From the NCBI GenBank assembly GCA_903813345.2, contig CAIIXF020000001.1, forward strand, positions 7,502,001-7,566,000: a DNA stretch of 64,000 bases, written 5' to 3'. Position 1 is the first letter of the stretch, and every line of letters starts with the position of its first letter. Positions 35,501 to 49,005 of this stretch are shown here, piece by piece. This DNA is from Owenia fusiformis (taxonomy: Eukaryota). Under the pieces are notes generated by a model, which was not told where the DNA came from, ran no database searches, and was given only the letters and a program-made list of their open reading frames with translations. Both the position numbers and the translations under genes were made by a program.

Positions 35501-38500
35501 TTGGTCAAGAACTTTATTTTTTTATTCTTATTGAATAACACTCTTGTTTTTTTCATTAAAAGGGTAATAAAATTTGACAATAGTGACACCTTTCAATCAT
35601 AAATTAGTTAGATTCTAGTGTTTAATCACGGACAAGTACATTTTTTTAGAAATAGGTGACCTTCAAATTTTTCGGAGTTCAGTGTTTTTGCAATAAATAA
35701 TGATTGTTTATTGAAAATAAAAGGTTATACTTCTTGACACGTCTTCCTCCTTTTTTGAACATGTCATACAACTAAGTAACCTATTTACAGTATTTTCATG
35801 TCTCTGATTTTTTAATAGTCATGAAGTAATTTTTATTTTCAGTTGGATGTTTTGGTATTTATTATAAAATTATCATCAAATGGCAGATTTCATATAATCA
35901 GTTTTAAGTGGCTTGCTTTCTGAAAACTTCTGAACAAGATTGTAATGTGTACACACATTTGATTTATTATGGTTGAAATAAACAGTACAATGTGAATGTC
36001 AATAGGCCTGAACTTGAAAAAGGATACCTCTTGACTGTATTATAAAACTCAAGAGCCTTTCTTTGAAACAATAATATTTGTTTAATTTGTTGTCTTACAT
36101 CTAATGCAGACAAATAAATCATGGCAGGCTCTAATATAGATGTGCTATTTTACACCAAAATAATTTCATTTTGGGTGGGATAAACATTTTCCTAAAGCTA
36201 TACAATTGGTTTAATGCAATTCATTTCATACATTGATTACCTCACTCTCCAAAGATTACATGAAGGGAATCCAATCATTTATTTAATTGCTGACATTGCC
36301 CCTTAGATGATGCTTGACTTATTTGAATGATATCGATTTGAAAAATACAAAAACAATGTGGGTGTTTCATCTAAACAAGATTATAAATCAGGTTCATGAG
36401 AAAACCAAATATATCATGTAATTTTAAATAAAGTTGTCGGAAGGTGAACATGATCAAAATAGCTGGTCATAAGTGGGATTTATTACATATGCAACAAAGT
36501 TTGCCAAAGTTTCTGCCAAAATGATAAATATCTGCATTAATGGTTGATCTGCATACTTGAACTCACTGCTTAAACTCGCACACCAATTAAAATAAAAAAA
36601 ATCACTTTGATAGTTATGCTTCCAGATTTAATTGCATGAAAATCCTCAATTTTTTCCTCAGTTTTTCCTACAGTGTTTTCCATTTCAACCTCAAAGCGTT
36701 GAAATTAAGTTTGACGTGCCTCTCTGTCAGGCTTACTATAGTAGTATGTACCTGCACGTTCTTGGTTAATAATTTAGTATTCTTAAGGCAAACTCCAGTA
36801 TGTCACAGATAAGTTTCTATATGTTACTACATGTTTAGGCTCTACAGACCAGTTCCTGTACAGACAAGCACCTCTCAATATTTCAAATGCTTTCCCAAAT
36901 AAATTTCACACCTTGAAATTCCCCAAAAAATCCATCTTAGACAAACAAGACACAGAGTCAACGTGAAACGAAAGACCCAGTATTCCCAAAAAATATCAAA
37001 CACAAAGTACCAATGAACATTTTAAACAAATATCATGTAAGATCATGGATCATGTAAGAATAAATGGCTTGTCAGATTAACAAAATATTCAAAATCAAAA
37101 TTCTTGCATCCTGAACTACATCCATAATCCTCATAGTTTATATGTACAGTAACACCTTCACAAAATCAAATTCTATGATTCATGTATATTCATAGGGAGC
37201 AGCAGAGGAAGACTGGCTCTACTATTGGGAAAAGCTGGCTGTTCTTTGGGTGCAGGAACAAAGAAAAGGATTTTCTCTATGAGTGAGTACATATGTTGTT
37301 CATTGTTATTCTGTATAAGATATTATTCTTAAGAAAATAGTCACCCGAAATTCCAATGCTTAACCCAGAATTTGTTACATCTGGTCAAAGGATTATTACT
37401 TGGTAATATTGATGACATTTGGCACTTTTGGGCTAATTCTCCAATTCACAATTTGGAACAATTAGCCAGTTGCTTTAATGTTGAAGTAGTCATTGTTGTT
37501 AGAGATCCAGATTTAGCTTGTATTCGCAAATGCAAATAGCGGCTACCGGATTAACTTATCAATTTCAATAAATTAACCCGTCATTTTAAAGTTGTAATTA
37601 CGAACAACCCATCAGTCGACGAACAGGGAGCAGTGATTACATTACTTTTTATGCCAATGAAAGGATCGATTATAAAAAGCCACTCGGTTGAATTGGCAAA
37701 TAGAACATAGGTCATTGTCACATACTGCTAAATAGGCAGATTTACCCATTATTTAGGTCAGCGACCGGGTTTGAAGCGAGAGATGGCAACTAACAGGAAG
37801 CACAACAGGTACTTTTCATATTTAAATGGGTTTGCCCTCAAACTGCAATCAAGCCAATAGCTGGTAGCTGGTATTTGCATTCAGGAATACAAGCTAAGAT
37901 TTACTTAAAATCAATATGCAGTCATAGTAAATGTACTTCAACATCAAACTTGTAAGAGCATATCATTAAGTTAAGGGAACTCCCCTGTAGCATTTAGAAA
38001 TTCCCTTGATCTGCTAATGCCATCCTGCCATCTTTCAAAAGAGAATCTATAAACTTGAGATTAGGCAACTTACCTCCTAAGATTCCTTATTATAAAGGGT
38101 GGTTTTTCTTGACAAATGTTCTAAAAAAGATGTAAAAACCCAGAATTGTTTATTTCAGAAAACAGCTTGTTGACTTGACCAATTCTGGCGTCCTTACAAA
38201 ATTCCATGTTTCCTTCTCACGAGACCACAAAGAACGAGATGAACCCCGCTATGTTCAGGACAACATAAAACTGAATGGAGAGTCTGTTGCAGAGTGGATA
38301 ACAGAGAATGATGCTGTGGTTTATGTGTGTGGAGATGCAAAGTGCATGGCAAAGAATGTCAATGAAGCACTTGCAGATGTACTTGTTGAGTGTAAAGGTA
38401 ACTTTTTCATCCTTATACTCTGTAGATAAAATGAATGAATATGATATGAATGTGAATATATTCTGTTGGTCCAAAGAAGGTTATTCAACAATATTATTGG

Positions 38501-41500
38501 AAGATACATAGAGATTCTCCTATATGAGGTTCAGGATATTAGGATTATCCCAAGGCCAATATAATATATCTGCCCGAGGGCCTTAGGTCATAGTGGGTTT
38601 GAGGTAGATATCACCTGGGAGATATCATCTGAGGAGCGAGCTGGATATATTGATTGTATATATTGCATTTATATAAATCCATGCCATACCTTCCTTTCTA
38701 CACTAATAGTCATACTGGTGCATAATTAAAACTGAGCTGACATATTATCAATAGAGAAGTTTCTTTATAGCTTTGAAATCTCGCAAATTCTTCTTTTTGT
38801 GAGATTATAAGAGATTTGCACGTGAAACCTCTAATGACCTACTTTTCCTTCTTTTTTAATAGCATATTTGAATTCAGTGGAAAGTTTTCTACAATAATAA
38901 CTTATTTTATACAGTTATGTCATTTAAATCATTTTCCATGACTTTTTCAACTTTTCTAAAACAAATTTGGGCCAAATCTCAATTGATGCAATGCTAAAAT
39001 TCTTTGAAACCTTGGTTTATTCATTCGACAACCATAATGTTCATGATTAATCACAAAATATGCCTTGACACAGAGATCACGATAGTTGAAAAAACTTGTT
39101 AGTCATTGTGGCTAATTCTTCCAAAAAATTTTTAGCCAACCAAAATATGAATTAGCCATTTTATAGAGTCCAACTTAATTTGGTCTGTGCCAATGACGAA
39201 CGCATTTTTCGTACTTTAACAAGGTTTGACAGCTAGTAAAAAATAATTTCTCACTCCTGTGAAGCAGCCGTGGCCTCCCACGGGCCCATTCCTCACGGAA
39301 TTTGCGTTTAAGATTGTTAGGCATTTTTATGGCATTTTTGAAGGACACAACTACCCCAGAGTGAATATACAGATACATGATGACGCACCACAATACTGAT
39401 AGAGTTCTACTGTGAAATAGCATAGTGTGTAAAATTAATATATGTCGCGTCATGAGTGACCAGAAATCTACTTTTCCAAAAAAGTTTTCTTCTGAAAAGT
39501 CGTTCAAATTCAACATTTATGAAGTAATTTGGTGAGTAAACCGTAAAAAAGGGAATTCGCCATAACTGCCAAATACCTTTACATATTTTTCGCCACCTCT
39601 TTCGAAAAGAAATTGCTATTGGCGAATGGTGAACGTCTACCGTGATCTCTGCTTGACAGGGTCATCCAATAGTATGCATTGAAGTCTATATGGCAGTCTG
39701 CCCAAACCATAACAAATAAGAAACAAGGCTGATATCTATTATATAAGCTTTATTTAGCTATAACTCCCTTATTCACATTTTAGATTGTCCTTTATTAGTA
39801 TGTTATGAAAGGGTGTTTTGCGTCATAATCGTATGTGCTAATTGCAAGGTTAACAACAATAAATGTACAAATTGTTGTTAATGGACTAGATGCGAGTAGA
39901 AATTATCTTGATTTACAGGTACGTCAATAAATATTCAAAATTCAGTCAAAGTGATGTCATATTTGAAATCTACATGTAAAAATACATCTAAAAATTTAAT
40001 CTTTTTTGAAAATGTGACTTCTAGTTCGGGTTGATTCCCCATAGACCCCATTTACAAAATCACAAAAAAGTGAAATATCTTTTCTTGTATTGGACATATA
40101 ACATTTTCTTTTACTGGACATACTTTAATTTGCATAACTATTCGATACATAAAGGGTATATGAAAATTGAACCACTAAAACTGTAGAAAGATGTACTTTA
40201 AGTTAAAGGGAACTTTCTACTATACCCGCTATGCTATCTGACCCGAGCAAGCCACCTGGTGGTGAAACTGGTAACTACCTACTCGCATTTGCGTTATTTA
40301 GCCTGTTTACGTAATGTTGGTACCCATTTTACTTATGAAAGGATGTTATCAGTTATTCACAAATGGCTAAGGCAAGGTGTGTCTGATTCCAGCCAATCAG
40401 AACACATTATTTCACATAACTCAATTTTGTTATATAATCAATAATGATCTCAAGGTCACTAGTTAAATGATTGTCAAAGTTCCATTGAAAATATGTTCTT
40501 TTAGTCATTTCGTACCTTTTAGATGATTTTGTAGAAAATATTTTGTATTTGTGTGAAAAGAATTTATTAAACCCAAGACTCAATGTACAGTATTGTGTAA
40601 TGACCAGTCCATCGATGCTCCGCATCTCGTGCAAATTTTGGAAAGCAACACCTTCAAGGAATATTCATTCCACATTGCACTGAGTCTAGGGCTTGAAACC
40701 TTAAATAACAATATACTACTTATTGTAAAAAATGTAATCAAAATATTGAATAAAAAGTATAGTACCATGTACCCTGTGTAAGCAAAGAAGTGCATGGTGC
40801 TTAAACATTAAGTAATCATTCAGAGCTATACACTTTTATAAGATGTTTTGAATAAAAAAAGGAATAAAAAAATAATAATAATAATAATTTGTGAAAAATA
40901 TTAGTAGGATGAATATTCTGACTAATAAACACCATTTTGTGATGAAGTCTTTGGTAAAGCAATGAACTTGAACTTTTAATAAGTTAAGGCTTGAGTTAAA
41001 CCCTTATAGACTTTCACACTCACCAATATATCTCTAAGATTTTAATATAGCTATACAGAATATTGAAAATATAGTGGTTGATACAAGACAGCACTTTTTA
41101 TATTAAGAGGGTATATGTACATACATATGGATTATATGGGATTGAAGTTCAAAAACCATTTCCAGAAAAGTTGACATTTTCCAGGGGTGTCTGACATAGT
41201 TAGCTTGTGTACATTAAATTTTTCTAACACAACTTTATTTTGATCAAAAAAAATTCCAGGAAGTATTTTTACATTTAAAAGGTGACGCATATCGTTTAGC
41301 AAATCGAACGCTCGTTTCTGGTGTTGCTCACCGTTTAGTATAAAAGGCCCGATCCAGAAATAATACTCAAGGGTTCACAGGTTCGAGGTCGTTGTGTCTA
41401 ACTGTTATATAGCATAAGTATATTATAGATCGTCACACATTTATAAAAGGGTGATTTTTATTTTGACAAATCAATTCCACATTTATGGGTGAAGTTTCAG

Positions 41501-42070
41501 GATCTTCTATTTGTGTATAATAAGGAAAAATTGGCATCTAAATTTCCCCATAACGTAATAGCACACAGCTTGGCATATGAAATATCCTACAAATGAAACA
41601 AAGCAAGACAAACCGGTTTCTAATACAAGAATTTATATTGGCTGTTGTACATGTATTATTTGAACGCAATCACTCTTTGGATGACGTTTTCAAAATCATT
41701 ATAAACGGATTACTTTATCTCAAAGACAATTTCAATGAACTGGATTTTACAGAACTCCCCTTATTTCTTAAAAATGGACTGATCCAGTTGATTCGCCTGG
41801 AGCCGCCATATTGTTTTTATACGGGATGCTTATCGGAACCCTTTAAGCTTTGCTATGATGTAAAGCCACCCACTTGTAAAGATGTTACATTAACCTGCTT
41901 TTAGTTTATGTACCTCAACCCTGTTCAAATATCAGACGAATACATTTATATTGCAAATATAGATCAATTAATAAAAGTACTGTATTTCAGGAATGTCAAA
42001 AGCAGAGGCAACTGCCTATCTGATGAAGATGCGATTACACAGGAGATATCTGGAGGATGTCTGGACTTAG
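26509..42070 (+). CDS. MTRR: Methionine synthase reductase (diflavin FMN/FAD/NADPH reductase)
   Basis: Exons 26509-26655, 27400-27550, 27728-27845, 28170-28677, 29075-29209, 29613-29698, 29986-30142, 30372-30552, 30878-31116, 31646-31764, 37196-37282, 38159-38397, 41991-42070. Motifs [91 protein letters not shown]. Confidence 0.93.
32735..35367 (-). CDS. BRICHOS-domain precursor B1 (234 aa), nested in an MTRR intron; C-terminal peptide [17 protein letters not shown] after RQKR
   Basis: Exons 35367-35302, 34928-34788, 34577-34470, 34039-33926, 33785-33599, 32823-32735 (705 nt, in frame). N-terminal TM segment. BRICHOS hallmarks NDF...CYL...[17 protein letters not shown] about 95 bp upstream. 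Confidence 0.82.
33011..33547. mobile_element. TA-flanked MITE with internal TTTTAGCG repeats, in B1 intron 5
   Basis: ta|CTGTAAAACG ... CGTTTTACAG|ta; ttagcga/tcgctaa units recur near both ends. Confidence 0.7.
37514..37896. mobile_element. MITE with TAG...CTA ends (Academ-like)
   Basis: TAGCTTGTATTC..AATGCAAATA..GCTACC ... GGTAGC..TATTTGCATT..GAATACAAGCTA, with a short AGATT direct repeat on the flanks. Confidence 0.65.
39071..39651. mobile_element. hAT/P-like MITE
   Basis: TIR CAGAGATCACG...CGTGATCTCTG with a 7-bp direct repeat CTTGACA. Confidence 0.75.
41280..41862. mobile_element. TTAA-bounded (Kolobok-like) non-autonomous element in the last MTRR intron
   Basis: ttaa|aaggtgacgc at the left end and cggaaccct|ttaa near the right. 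Homologous pieces at ~44277-44360 and ~51617-51900. Ends are approximate. Confidence 0.5.
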
Positions 42071-42330
42071 TTTGAAGCGTGCATTATTAAAGTGTTCATA
42101 CAGGAGATATCTGGAGGATGTCTGGACTTAGTTTGAAGCGTGCATGATTAAAGTGTTCATACATGAGATATCTGGAGGATGTCTGGACATAGTTTGAAGC
42201 GTGCATGATTAAAGTGTTTGTGCATGAGATACCTGGAGGATATCTCGACTTAGTTTGAACTGTAGAATGGATTATGTCTAGGTACAGAGGATACATGGAG
42301 GGTGTTTGGACATAGTTTGAACTGAACATT
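42040..42330 (+). repeat. 61-bp tandem repeat (5 copies) made of the final MTRR codons, stop codon and proximal 3' UTR
   Basis: caggagatatctggaggatgtctggacttagtttgaa at 42040 and 42101, with diverged copies at ~42162, ~42223 and ~42285. Confidence 0.9.
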
Positions 42331-42673
42331 CTTAAAATGAAGGATTATCTATTATTAAAAGATATTACACATACAGCAGATTGATGTTTTAACCTCAAAA
42401 GAAACAAAAATAATGATATTCCTGATTTTTGAATGATTTATATATCATGTATATAAAAGACAGGGGTTGATGTTAGTTAGATACATGCACATACATGTAC
42501 AAAAGGGAACATTTATTTATACAAAAATAGGGAACACTGTACATAAAAAACAAGGTGAAATAAACATCTCAAAGTTTACTGTCATTTCAGTTGGTTTCAT
42601 CTTGAAGTGGAACACCTTTACTTAACTTAAGTTAAACAGAGTTCTGTAAGTAGAAAAGCTTCACTACACCTTT

Positions 42674-42777
42674 GGAATACTTCCCAAGTGGAACACTTCT
42701 CAAGTGAAACATTTCTCAAGTGGAACACTTCCCAAGTGGAACACTTCTCAAGTGGAACACTTCCCAAGTGGAACACT
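42674..42777. repeat. 16-bp minisatellite (GGAACACTTCYCAAGT), about 6.5 copies
   Basis: Read directly from the sequence. Confidence 0.9.
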
Positions 42778-44183
42778 ATCTTGATGTACCAAATGTGTAG
42801 CACTTTTACTGGTTTTATTGTACCACTAGAACAGTAGAAAATGGGAACATTATTGCAGAGAAAGTTTTCAACATAAAGTAGCTTATTTTAGTTAACTAAT
42901 CATTTAGTATATGTTTACGTTTTATCCAACCAATTTGAGATTGTGACTTTGATTATTAAAAGCTGTTTTATTGTCATCTTGACTCTATTTCCTCATTACC
43001 AATACATGATTATCAACAATATGATGATTCTTAGATAAATATTAATGAATATGCATGATCATTTGTTATAAAGGGAATTGAGGTTTTACTTTTGATCAAT
43101 GTAAATGATCATTCATAAATTCAGTGATAATTACAGCTGTACCTCATATTTATTAATTCAGATTGTATAACAAAAAGCATGCTGATAGAAAAATACATAT
43201 CAATTAAACTACCGTGTATATGATTATTACAAAAACAAATATAAATATATACACTATATACAATTAATATAACCATAGAATCCTTGGAGACTAATATTCA
43301 ACTATACTAGATCCCATATTGTGCCTAAAGTTCTTGAAATGTTCTATCCAGGGTCTATTAGTTCTTATTAGCTTTGAATCTGAGAGGCTAAGTCACAAGC
43401 TATGTAATTACTTGCATTGGATGCATCAGCCAAAATTTAACCAAGACTGCAGCAAGTATGATTTTACTTAGTACAATGCCACTTCAAGGGTGTTTCATTC
43501 TGCTGATCATTGAATCAAGCACATTATTGTACAAAGTTTGATAAACAACTATCCAATAAAAGGAGAGTAAAATATAGCATTATATAATTATGATACATCA
43601 AACTTCAACATTCAGTCAATCAATACAGTCCAACGCTCACCATAATCCAACCCATTATGCCCCTGTCATATATCCCAATCGAAATTGAAATTCACTTATT
43701 CAGCAATAAGACCATTCAAATTTAAATATATGTTCAATTCACCTCCCTCTGATAAAGACAATTTTTAAGAAAAAAGACAAAAATGTTAAACTTGAGGAAT
43801 CTAAATGACAATTATATCTTCAAAATGTAAGGGAGTTCAGAGATTCAGTTTTGTTCTGATTAAAAAAATTACACTAACACACAAATTGTGTCTCATTTTA
43901 TCAGTATGTCACCCTTTTGGGATCTGTTGATGTAGTTTTACTACTTGATAGTATGTATTGCATTTGGAAATACAATAAGTAAATCTCCCTGGGTAAATCT
44001 TTTGTTTTTGAAGTTTTACCTCATCAATTACATCTATATCACTGACACCGTTGTTAATGTTTTCAATGTATAAATTCCATGATAAAGTGATCAAGGCTAG
44101 ATATGAAGGATTTTGTTTGTCCCAGTCCTCAAGATCTGTCTTTTGTTTCTAATGCAGATCAGAACAAACAGGTGGATGAGCTT

Positions 44184-47100
44184 TCACATCATTTGGTTGC
44201 AGCAACAGCAACACGAACATGAGTTTGGTTTGGCAGCTCGGGTATTTCCTGAAATATATAACAGCATAAATGTCTTATATTTCTTTAAAATGGACTGATC
44301 CACTTGACTTGCCTGAATCCGCCATATTGTTTTTATACGGGAAGCTTGTAACCCTTTAAATGTTTGGAAAGTCGAATTAACACAATCATTGTTATCATTG
44401 AAACATTTGGATCACCCCTGTATTTTTAACTAAAACAGTGAAAATTCTTTGTGAAATAGCTATGAAAAAATATGCAAAAGACCATTCATTAAGGTATTTC
44501 CCCATTTCTTCTTTTATCGTATCAATAAATAAATTGTATTCGCTTCGTTGATTTGAATATTTTTTAATACTGTATGCCTTGAATTAAACCCCAACTTACG
44601 CTTTTTGTCATCTGCATTATCTGTTTGTTCTGCAGCAGAATTGAGCCAATATATAGGGTAGCCCTCACAAGCTTTTCTTATGTGCTGGCTCAGAAATCTG
44701 CGATCACCGATTGTTTCATTGACTGATATGTATCTTTGTAGATCAGCATTTCTGTCTTGTGATATCAAACCCTCTGCATCCTATATTCAAGAACATATTA
44801 AAATATTTTAATTATGATACACCATAGAACAGGGTGTCCCAAAAATGCAACCAATCTTATATTTTATCTGGTTTTCTCGAAATTTTGGTCTTCCATTGAG
44901 ATAAAATCGACTGATCTGTGCCAAATTCAGTTAGAATTAAAGAAAAGTCTAAATGTAAGTGATGTTAACTTAAACTTAAATGCCTCATTTTTGTTAAACC
45001 TGTTAAACTTAAGATCAGCGTTTTGTTGTTTAAATGTGAACAAATAATCAAATATAGGCCTACATGTAAAAAACTTACAGCGTGGTTTTCCATGTAGCTC
45101 ACCAATGCCTTGGGTGTAATGACGCTTCTCTTGAGGGGGTAAATATAACACACATAGCTGTCATCATCAGCGACTTTTAGCATTGTTAATTCCTAAAATA
45201 ATTTATATTGCCTTGTATACCCTTGGTATACGCAGCTAACGAAAATTGACCGGTACGGGTCAAAAGCTGGACCGGTACGGGTTAACGGTTTTATTTGAAT
45301 TTAAAACAGCCATAACTTGCTCAATATTGACTTCCTCGTGTCTAATTTGAGATATATGATGCCTCCCGATGCTTTTAAGTACCCCAATTTTTTACAGATT
45401 TTTAAACGGACCAAAACTCTCTAAATGCGCATTTATGCTCTTTTCTCTTCGGAGCAATAGAACCGGTCCGTCTTCTCGCTGCAAGCAGGATGAAATTCTT
45501 TGTCACGAAGTTTGGCATTTTTTATAAAATCAAACGCGCGTCATTGAAACTCACAAGATGTAAATAGCATGTCGTTTACATCAGACCTTGATGGGGAAAA
45601 ATAGATCTAATATGTTAGAAGTACTAAATAAAAGTTATCGTGAAAATGAGACAGTCGTTCTCGAGAGAAAAGAGCATAAATGCGCATTTAGAGAGTTTTG
45701 GTCCGTTTAAAAATCTGTAAAAAATTGGGGTACTTAAAAGCATCGGGAGGCATCATATATTTCAAATTAGACAAGAGGAAGTCAATATTGAGCAAGTTAT
45801 GGCTGTTTTAAATTCAAATAAAACCGTTAACCCGTACCGGTCCAGCTTTTGACCCGTACCGGTCAATTTTCGTCAGCTGCGTATACCAAGGGTGTTGTAA
45901 TGGGTTACATACAGTTAAAGAATGGCCGTACAGTTTAAGATAAAATTGCTATTAAATACTAAAATTACTTCAACCAACCCAGGTCTTCTACAACCTGTAA
46001 TACACTAAGGTACCACACAATCCTGAACTTTGAAAATTAACATTAAGTTCATGAATAAGTGATAAGTAAACGTTAAGTAAATAAAATTGAGATTTTAACC
46101 AAAATAGGTCCATTGTCATCACATTTCTTGAATGAACAGTGCAAAGGTCTACTCGGTCCGACTCAGGACAGTATGGATGGACAGACGGACAATCGACAGA
46201 CACATATGCATTTTTCATTTCCACCGAATTTCATTTAACAATTACTAGTACATATAGTTCCGATAACAGAAGGATATAAATATAAATCAAGAAACACTAA
46301 TCTAGTATTACAATTATTGTCGTTGTTTTACCTTTCTGAAATCATTGGACGCAGAACAGCCCTCTTTTTCGTCTTCGATTTCTGTGATTTCATTTTCCGT
46401 GTCCACTTTTATAATAGCATTCGCTGTTAGCCTGTACTCCTTAGAAATAAATTAAAATAAATAAGTAATTATCCCCCGTCATTTTGCAGCTATTGGAAGG
46501 AATGGAAAATATTAATTAAATTGAAAAGACAACTTAATTTTGACGTTTTGGCGGCCTCAGGCTACGGACGTCATATGTTTCTTCACAGTTTCTGAAGATG
46601 CCATCTGTAGTCAATTTTATTTGATATATAGAAACCCTCCTTTTATTTCTCGAGTTAAACATGTAATTATTGTTTGTTAAAATTGTTATTTTAGGCATTT
46701 TCTCCAAATATACTCAGATTTATATTTTTCTATGCAGTACTTCGTTATTGTTTAAGGAAGAATAGACCGTGACAAAATTGCAAACAACCAATGAATTCCT
46801 TACAAGCTCAAATGTACTGAATATCTTCCAAAAAATCCACGATGTTACTAATTGTATCGGTGAAGCTATTTACGATTCAAAGTTCAAAAATGGGGAAAAT
46901 GTTTAAATTCTCCCAAATAATGTGGTGACCACATTTATAGATAAGTTTTAACATGCAAAATGTCACCACGTGCGTTTTGTCAACCGCGGAACAACAACTA
47001 CCGAACGCAGTCCACAGAAAAGTTAGAGACCATTACAATAAGTCACCACTTCTACCGTTACATAAAAAATGTGTTGTACAAATCTTCAGTTTTCCACAAA

Positions 47101-49005
47101 TACATTATATATAATATATTTCAAGGAGGATATGTACCAAAAATATTTTATGATTGAAAATCTTGTTAACCTTGATCGGTGTAGACCCGATTCCACCTTT
47201 AAAAGCTCGTACTTGTTCTCAAGATGGGCACTCGATTTAATCAAAATTTTTGATTACACGCATCTAGGATGAAAAAGATGAGTTTCTGCATGCAGTTTTT
47301 TCTTTTCAAAAATGACTGTGTCGATGCATTTTATACGTAATTACCTTAATGGTGTCCTTGGCAAATTGATTGCTAAGTTTCAGTGCCCCTAGACCTGCTC
47401 CCAATGTAATTAGTAGAATCATCGCAGCCACAACTGCACCTATTACGTATTTCTTGTGGGGTTTGCTGGCTGGTTTCTGAGACTCCTTTATTTTGTTAAA
47501 ATAAACGAAATTATCAATAAAAAAAGAGGATTGTCACTTTTTACATGACACATATCAAGAAGTATAACAGCACATGGGCGTAGCCAGGGGACAATTTAAT
47601 ATGAGTGAGCCCATCAACATACTTTTTCAAAGATGTTGACCTATATTTCAAAAAAGGCAACCCTTTATCATAATGTTTAATGCACAACTAAAATGTGCTT
47701 TGAGATATGTTTTATTCCTTAAAGGGAAGCGTGAATTGCTCCAGGGACTGAATATGGATGACCAAAATGAGCTGAAATCAATTGATAGCATTGCTTTTCT
47801 CTATTAGGGGAACACTAATCTCAATACCATAGGCCAAGGGAAAAGTAATAGTAAGCTGTATGTAGAAGAGACAGGTCCACAAGTAAGATTGAAAAATTTT
47901 CAAATTTTTTTAGTCTTGGCACTAGTTCTCCTTACTGGTATCAAATTGTATTCCCAAATCTCTCCAAAATCTTCTTCAAAGTGTTTTTCAAACTTATATC
48001 ATTGTTTTTTTCAAATCTTTATCTAAAAACTGCATATAATACTGCATTTAAAACAACAACTATGGATACCTGCAATTGCCTGGCAAGCTGAAACTGATTG
48101 TCACTGGTGGAGGTCAGGGAGGTCAGCAGTGATCAATCAGATCACTTGTTTACTAATGAACTTGCCAAGCAATTGTAGGTTTTCAGAAATTCTCTCTTTT
48201 AGACAGCATTATTCACTCTATATCATCTGACTGAGTTTCAATCTTAGGTAAGAGCTACAAACTATCAATTTTCTATCAACTCCCCATGGCTTTTTGAAAA
48301 TAATACACTAAATATTGTTGAAATCTCCATCTTAACAAGTGGTCTAAGTCAGAGTTGTTCACCTGTCTCTTCTATATACGGCTTACTATTACTTTACCCT
48401 TGGCCTATGCTCAATACAAATCAGAACTAATTATACATTAAAATAAAGAATAGTAACACACACGGGGTAATGCATTATACATTGTAAAAAAGGATTGCCT
48501 TTTTGGTGAAAATGAGGTCAATGTTATTGAAAATGTATGTTGATGGGTTGATTGCATCCTCAATATCACTGAGTCCAATAGACTTAATTATCATTGAACT
48601 TCCTCTTCTCTGGGATTATGAATGGGTCTAAAACATATGCCTGTCTTCATGCTCAGAAAATAGTCATAATCCGAGATCTACCGTCTGAAATTGTTTTCGA
48701 TAATCTACGTGGCCCTTTGTAGTATGTAAAATCATTACAAATGCCTTATAATGCTCAGAATACAACATATATAATGTAAATTTAACACCCGTGCCCCACT
48801 TTTTGGGGCTCACATTCGCTCCCACCGCACCGATGCAAACACAAAAATTCACACCCTCCTTGACATTTGCTGGCTACGCCCTTGCGGCATCATTTTACAT
48901 TACCGTTTTTACTAAATATTTTACATTGAAATGCACAAATCAAATTACCTGCTCAGACTGTGAAATATTGTAAATGCTTGGCAATGCTTTCTTTTCCGAA
49001 TCCAT
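44184..49005 (-). CDS. BRICHOS-domain precursor B2 (221 aa); C-terminal peptide AAKPNSCSCCCCCNQMM after KKRNTR
   Basis: Exons 49005-48949, 47485-47345, 46439-46332, 45192-45079, 44780-44600, 44248-44184 (666 nt, in frame). Same intron phases as B1 and B3. NDF, CYI and ACEGYPIYWL are present. TATA box at ~49105. Confidence 0.78.
45218..45894. mobile_element. Young MITE with ~230-bp near-perfect TIRs and a 5-bp TSD (Transib-like CAC end)
   Basis: (t/c)ACCCTTGGTATACGCAGCT.ACGAAAATTGACCGGTACGGG at both ends in inverted orientation; TTGTA on both flanks. Confidence 0.8.
47828..48409. mobile_element. hAT/P-like MITE with an 8-bp TSD, nested inside older inverted-repeat elements spanning ~47576-48881
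   Basis: CATAGGCCAAGGG...CCCTTGGCCTATG flanked by CTCAATAC. Outer inverted pairs at ~47610-47685/48468-48548 and GGGCGTAGCCAG/CTGGCTACGCCC. Confidence 0.8.

Noticed and set aside
41593-41904. 103-aa ORF as a nested gene
   Set aside because: It lies in a dispersed repeat with a homolog near 44280 and has no recognisable motif.
26509-42070. Alternative assignment as NADPH-cytochrome P450 reductase, NDOR1 or NOS
   Set aside because: There is no N-terminal anchor or oxygenase domain. [20 protein letters not shown], the long linker and [11 protein letters not shown] fit MTRR.
42040-42330. 61-bp repeats as a repeat-spacer array
   Set aside because: The whole unit is homologous between copies and derives from the MTRR terminus.
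42674-42777. Regular short repeats as a CRISPR array
   Set aside because: The 16-bp units are contiguous with no unique spacers, the context is eukaryotic, and there are no cas genes.
44113-44298. Plus-strand ORF with a QQQQHEHE tract
   Set aside because: It is the antisense shadow of the poly-Cys last exon of B2.
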